Of a DNA stretch of 64,000 nt, positions 59,030 through 64,000 are shown piece after piece (position 1 is the stretch's first letter; each line of letters starts with the position of its first letter). The stretch lies in NCBI GenBank assembly GCA_976551045.1, contig CDPCPM010000074.1, forward strand, positions 13,392,001 through 13,456,000, written 5' to 3'. A program made the translations under genes and the position numbers. The DNA comes from Glaucostegus cemiculus (Eukaryota). The notes beneath the pieces are model-generated. The model searched no databases, was not told the DNA's origin, and was given only the letters and a program-made list of their open reading frames with translations.

Positions 59030-59590
59030 GGAACACGATAAAATAGGAACAGGAGTAGGCCACCTACTCCACCTGGCCTCAGAGAACTGCCCTGTCATTC
59101 TGTAGTATCATGGTGCATCTGCCTCAAGACTTAACTCCTCTTCTGTACCAGTTCCCCACAGCCCTCAACTCCCTAATCTTTTAAAAATGTATCTATTTCC
59201 ATGTTAAATACCTTCAGTGATCTGGTCTCCACAACTCTCCAAGGTGAGAATTCCAGAGATGCACCACCCTCTGTAAGAAGATTTTCAGCTCAGTTTTAAA
59301 TGACTGCTCCTTTATCCTGTGACCCATGTTCCCTTGTTCAAGACTCTCCCAGTATTGAAAAAGTCTACCCTTTTAGGCTCCCTTAGGATCATTTGTGATT
59401 CCATTTCTCTTTTTCTTCTGAACTCATAAGAATACAGATTTAATTTCTTTAGCTGTTCATGGTAGGACAACTTTCTCAGTCCAGGAATTAGCCCAGTAAA
59501 TCTTGTCTGGATTGTCTCCAATACCAGTTTATCCTTTCTTATATAAAGGGATCAAAATTGTACTCAGTATTCCAGGTGTGGCCTCACATT
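59030..59590 (-). mobile_element. Decayed CR1 3' fragment
   Basis: Minus-strand GAGGCCACACCTGGAATACTG and 'METIQTRFTGLIPGLRKLSYHEQLKKLNLYS'. Confidence 0.85.
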
Positions 59591-59934
59591 AAATTGACTG
59601 AAATACATTAAAACATAAATGAAAATATTAAAATAACATTAAATGAGTGCAAGAATTAGATAACTAATTATTTTGCTCAATGTAATCTGCAGGTAAGGAA
59701 TCTGCAGGGTGTTTCTGGGGAATTCAACAATCACACAGACAGACAGATGCACCACTGCTAAGCTTACAGTCCGAATGCTGTTTGTTCTCTTTGAAATCAC
59801 AGGCCACACCAGCACAATTTGGCTTAATGTCCGGTGCTAAGAAAGGTTTACGTTTGTATATTAGCTTCCTGTTGTTGTGTATAAGTAGCTGCTTTGTGCA
59901 TAACCTTTCCAAAGGCCTTCCAAAGGCAACTAAG

Positions 59935-60883
59935 AAAGCTCTCTACTCTTCTCCCTTTACACTCACAACTGTATGGCCAGATTCTGCTCTAACTCCATCT
60001 ACAAGTCTGCAGATGAAACCACCATAGTGGGCAGAATCTCAAATAAGTCAGAGTACAGGAGGAGATAGAGCGCTTAGTGGCATGGTGTCATGGCAACAAC
60101 CTTCCTCTCAACGTCAGAAAAACAAAAGAGCTGGTCATTGACTTCAGGAAGTGGAACAGTGCACATGTTCCTGTTTCCATCAACGGTACTGAGGTTGAGG
60201 GGGTTGAGAGCTTCAAGTTCCTGGGACTGAACATCACCAATAGCCTGTCCTGGTCCAACCACATAAATGTCACAGCTAATAAAGTGCATCAGTGCCTCTA
60301 CTTCCTCAGGAGGCTAAAGAAATTTGGCATGTCCCCTTTGACTCTCAACAATTTTTATCGATGCACCACAGAAAGCATCCTATCTGGATGCATCATGGCT
60401 TGGTAGGGCAACTGCTCTACCTGAGACCGCAAGAAACTGCAGAAAGTTGTGGACACAGCTTAGCACATCACGGAAACCAGCCTCCCCTCCATGGACTGTC
60501 TACATTTCTAGCTGCTTCAGTAAAGCAGCCAACATAATCAGCCACCCACCCCGGACATTCTCTCTTCTCTCCTCTCCAATCGGGCAGAAGAATGCCTGAA
60601 AGCATGAACGACCAGGCTCAATGACAGCTTCTATCTTGCTGATATATTACTACTGAATGGTCCCCTAGTACGATATAGACATTAACCTCACAATCTACCT
60701 CATTATGGCCTTGCACCTTATTGTCTGCCTGCACTGCACTTTCACTGTAACTATGACATTTTATTCTGCATTCTATTATAGTTTTCCCTTGTACTACCTC
60801 AATGCACAGTTGTAATGAAATCTGTATGGATGGCATGCAAAACAAACTTTTTCACTGTACCTTGGTACATGTAACAATAATAA
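59935..60883 (+). mobile_element. Rex1/Babar LINE, 5'-truncated
   Basis: ORF 60077-60406 'WCHGNNLPLNVRKTKELVIDFRK..FKFLGLNITNSLSW..LYFLRRLKKFG'. Tail TTTCACTGTACCTTGGTACATGTAACAATAATAATA. Confidence 0.92.
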
Positions 60884-60884
60884 T

Positions 60885-61140
60885 AGGGGCGGCACGATAG
60901 CATAGCGGTTAGCGCGACGCTGTTACAGCACCAGCGATTGGAGTTCGATTCCCGTCGCTGACTGTAAGGAGTTTGTACGTTCTCCCGTGTCTGCGTGGGT
61001 TTCCTCCGTGTGCTCCAGTTTCCTCCCACATTCTGAAAGATGTACGGGTAGGTTAATTTGGGGGGGTTAAAATTGGTGGCGTGGACTTGGAGGGCCGAAA
61101 GGGCCTGTTACCACGCTGTAAATAAAATTTAAAATAAAAA
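60885..61140 (+). mobile_element. Full-length V-SINE (HE1-like) with CR1-derived tail
   Basis: tRNA head with A-box TAGCATAGCGG and B-box GTTCGATTCCC, V-domain, and tail GGGCCGAAAGGGCCTGTTACCACGCTGTAAATAAAA. Many CpGs are retained, suggesting a young copy. Confidence 0.9.
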
Positions 61141-61567
61141 AAACCCCAATTTACCAGAAATTCATGAGCACAGACACTGTTACTGTGCCAGACCTGACCT
61201 GGCACAGGTGCTTTTGGATGATTCCACAGCCAAAGTGCTGAGGAATTACTGGAACTTTGTGTTTTTTCATTGGAGTTCATGTGGAGTCCAACATCAGTGT
61301 GCAGTCAGGAAGATGCTGACAAACAGGTGCCAACGAGTTTGGGACTTGCAGGTTTTTTGGACTCTCACATTGGAGGCAGCTATGTGGAGAAATGCTGCAA
61401 GTTCTCTACAAGGTCCAGGCCAATGTATTTTTATACTTCTAATAACATGACCATTGTTCATGTACCATCTGATTATGTTTCTTTACAACTTTTATCCTAT
61501 AGGCCATGGTCATTATAGACCATTATGAAGTTCGGCCCATCTAAGTTCATCATTTTACCTTTAATTC

Positions 61568-61812
61568 AAGGGGGTAAGTTCAAAGGTGATGTTTTTTTAC
61601 ACAGAGAGTGGAGGGTGCCTGGAATGTGCTGCTAAGGGTGGTGGTGGAAGCAGTGCTCAAGAAATTCTTAGATGAGCACATGAATGTGCAGAGAATGGAG
61701 GGATACGGACATTGTGTAGGCAGAAGGGATTAGTTTAGTTAGGCATTTAATTACTAGTTTAATTAGTTCAGCAACATCGTGGGTCGAAGGGCCTGTTCCT
61801 GTGATGTTCTAA
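61568..61812 (+). mobile_element. CR1 3' fragment
   Basis: TTTTTTTACACAGAGAGTGG..GGAATG and tail GGGTCGAAGGGCCTGTTCCTGTG. Confidence 0.85.
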
Positions 61813-64000
61813 CCCATTTTATTCTTCCTACATTCCCATCGCCTTCCCAATTTCCTGCTGAGAGGCTCCATCTATCGCCAAGCACTCTAAACTCCACTTA
61901 GCTCCAGTGCTTCCCCTACGTGTGATCAGAGAGATGTTTGAGGACAAGATCTGGTTCTCAGTCTTCCTTGAGGTCCTTCTTATGCAGGGATGGTGATAAA
62001 GAGACCTATGAATGAGAGTACAGATATGTGGTACACAGATAGAGGAAGTGTCCTTGTTGAAGCCACCTATGAAGGAGTGACATAGCTTTGCATGAAGAGG
62101 AGGCTGACTGTTGGAGGTGGTCAGACAGAGAGGGTTGTACTCAAGTACATAAACACAGAGGAGCAGTTGTGGAATTTTTGTGAAGTGTGATGTGCTCGTC
62201 TCTGTTTGAGTAGTCAAAATGAGAGGTTTGGAGTAAAGTGCATTCAGTATGTAGATAAGTACAGTATGTCTCTGTGTCACGGTTATATGTCCCTGACTCC
62301 AACCCTGATCATTTATGATCTGCTTAGGTTATTGAACCACATTAGACACAGAATCTAGGCAGACAGTAGTAAGTTCCTGCTGGTAACCTCTGCAACAACC
62401 TCCAGCCATAGCCTCACTGGCAGCCTGCTTCCCCATCAGTAGGGAACAATACATCTCTGCTATGTTTGTATGGCTCAGAGCAAGACACCACCAAGACAAA
62501 GGGCTGTCTTTGGACATTTCATTTATTTGTTTCTTCCCTGCACCTCTATAAATCTTTAAATAGTGGAGTCTAAATGGACTGACACAGGCCATCATCACAC
62601 CTTTGAATCTAATTAAATCCTGAAATATTGGTCCAGGTTTTGCTGGTCTGGGGCACTTGTTTGTATGTAGTCAAACCTGGAAGTCTCAAACTTCCTTATT
62701 TATGATTGGTTCCATATCTTTCAATATATTCTGTTATTGGACATCCATGGGATTCAGCTGTGGAGCTGGAATTCTTGCTGAATTCTGCAGTATTTACTCT
62801 GTTTAATTGGCTCACAATTCCTGTGCCAGAATCTACAAGATCACTGATTTTTGAAAAGGATTGTATAGCTGCAGGGAAGACAGGCATTTTTAATTATTTG
62901 TGGTTTGTTTGATGTTTTAATTAATTAATGCCTTAAATAATTTAATTTAAAAAAATATTTTACTTTTTAATTGCTTATTTCACTTTTTTAAAGTTTTTGT
63001 CAGAGACATTCAGAAACAGCTAAACAGCTTTGTCAACCAACAAAGTTGGGAGTTGGGCTTTGCCAGTTTTAAATTGGTCAGGGGATTTACAGAGAAGGAT
63101 TTTTTCATTGCATCATTGTGGCTTTACCTACATTCAGAGCCTTTTCGGCAAACTTTGGGACACATTAGTCCAGTGAGATAAATCCTTAGTACTTAGATTA
63201 AGTGAGTTATGGAGAGCAACGATTACTAGTGTCAATTACAAGCAGCAAGACTGTGTCAGTGAAATCTGGAAATACTGTCAATACAGCGAAAATATGTTAA
63301 TACAGAGATTGGGTTAAAATACTCCCGACCGGGCCATTGTGGAATCTTTCAAGTTTCCTGGATGCTGGTGGGATCCCCTGCTCCCAGTGAATTTGAAAAT
63401 TAAAATGTTTCAACACAGAGCCACATTTACGTGACTGATTTTAATGACTTCCTTCCTTGCTTATGGCAAGTGAAGTAGCTGTTTATCGTTGCCTTCTCTT
63501 TTTGACATGTTATCAGGGGAAAAATGCTCAGAGTAGGGAGACTGTAATGTACTGATGAAGTTCCCAATGCAATTCACTTCTAAAATTTCAAGTCCACCAT
63601 AAATCTGATTCAAATATGATGTGGGGTTTGAAATTCCAGATTTACACAGTTCCTAATATTTTCCATAAATGATGCATTAGTCATTCTCCTGTCATAGTGC
63701 AATATAGTTTCAAATTGTCTCAGTGGTAGTTTCAGATTACCTCTAAGTCTGGATTCAAGCTCCTCTCCAGAGACATTATGTAGGTTGATTCTCCAGTGTA
63801 ATACTGAAGTTAGAAATGCAAAAAACAATACAGCAAACAGATACCACTGGTAAGAACGGCAAAAGGAATGCAAGGAAAGGTCTGTGAGATCGAGGGCAAC
63901 ACTGAAGAAAAGGAGGGTGACTTAGAAAAATGTGGGCCCCTTTCTGAAAGACAGGTGATGTAATTGGAAATCACTTACAAAATAGCTATTGATACTATAG

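Noticed and set aside
60885-60960. tRNA gene
   Set aside because: The A/B boxes continue into a V-SINE core and LINE tail, so this is a SINE head.
61828-62600. 150-aa and 89-aa minus-strand ORFs as upstream MTUS2 exons
   Set aside because: No MTUS2-like or coiled-coil sequence. The long-isoform exons probably lie beyond the window end.

Overview
Vertebrate nuclear DNA, AT-rich and repeat-dense. The CR1, V-SINE, Penelope and Rex1 repertoire suggests a cartilaginous fish, probably a ray or skate; this is inferred, not proven. Two spliced genes lie tail-to-tail. On + are the last three coding exons of the cationic amino-acid transporter SLC7A1/CAT-1 (3191-10513). On - are nine coding exons of MTUS2 (57742-24318). 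The first of these is a 54-nt coding exon, missed by the ORF track, that encodes MGHCCCKLHYCFGCLDKR. The nine exons splice in phase into a complete ~346-aa short coiled-coil isoform with a predicted myristoylation plus palmitoylation N-terminus. The remainder is introns, UTRs and transposon relics: a full-length Buster/Charlie-type hAT with a nested CR1, a full-length IR/DR Tc1, many CR1 LINEs (one nearly intact, inserted in a decayed Gypsy), Rex1/Babar, RTE, L2, Penelope pieces with decayed hammerhead motifs, V-SINEs with two different LINE tails, Deu-SINE relics and Tigger-like MITEs. There is a 173-N assembly gap. I see no prokaryote-style novel system; the most promising leads are listed as findings.
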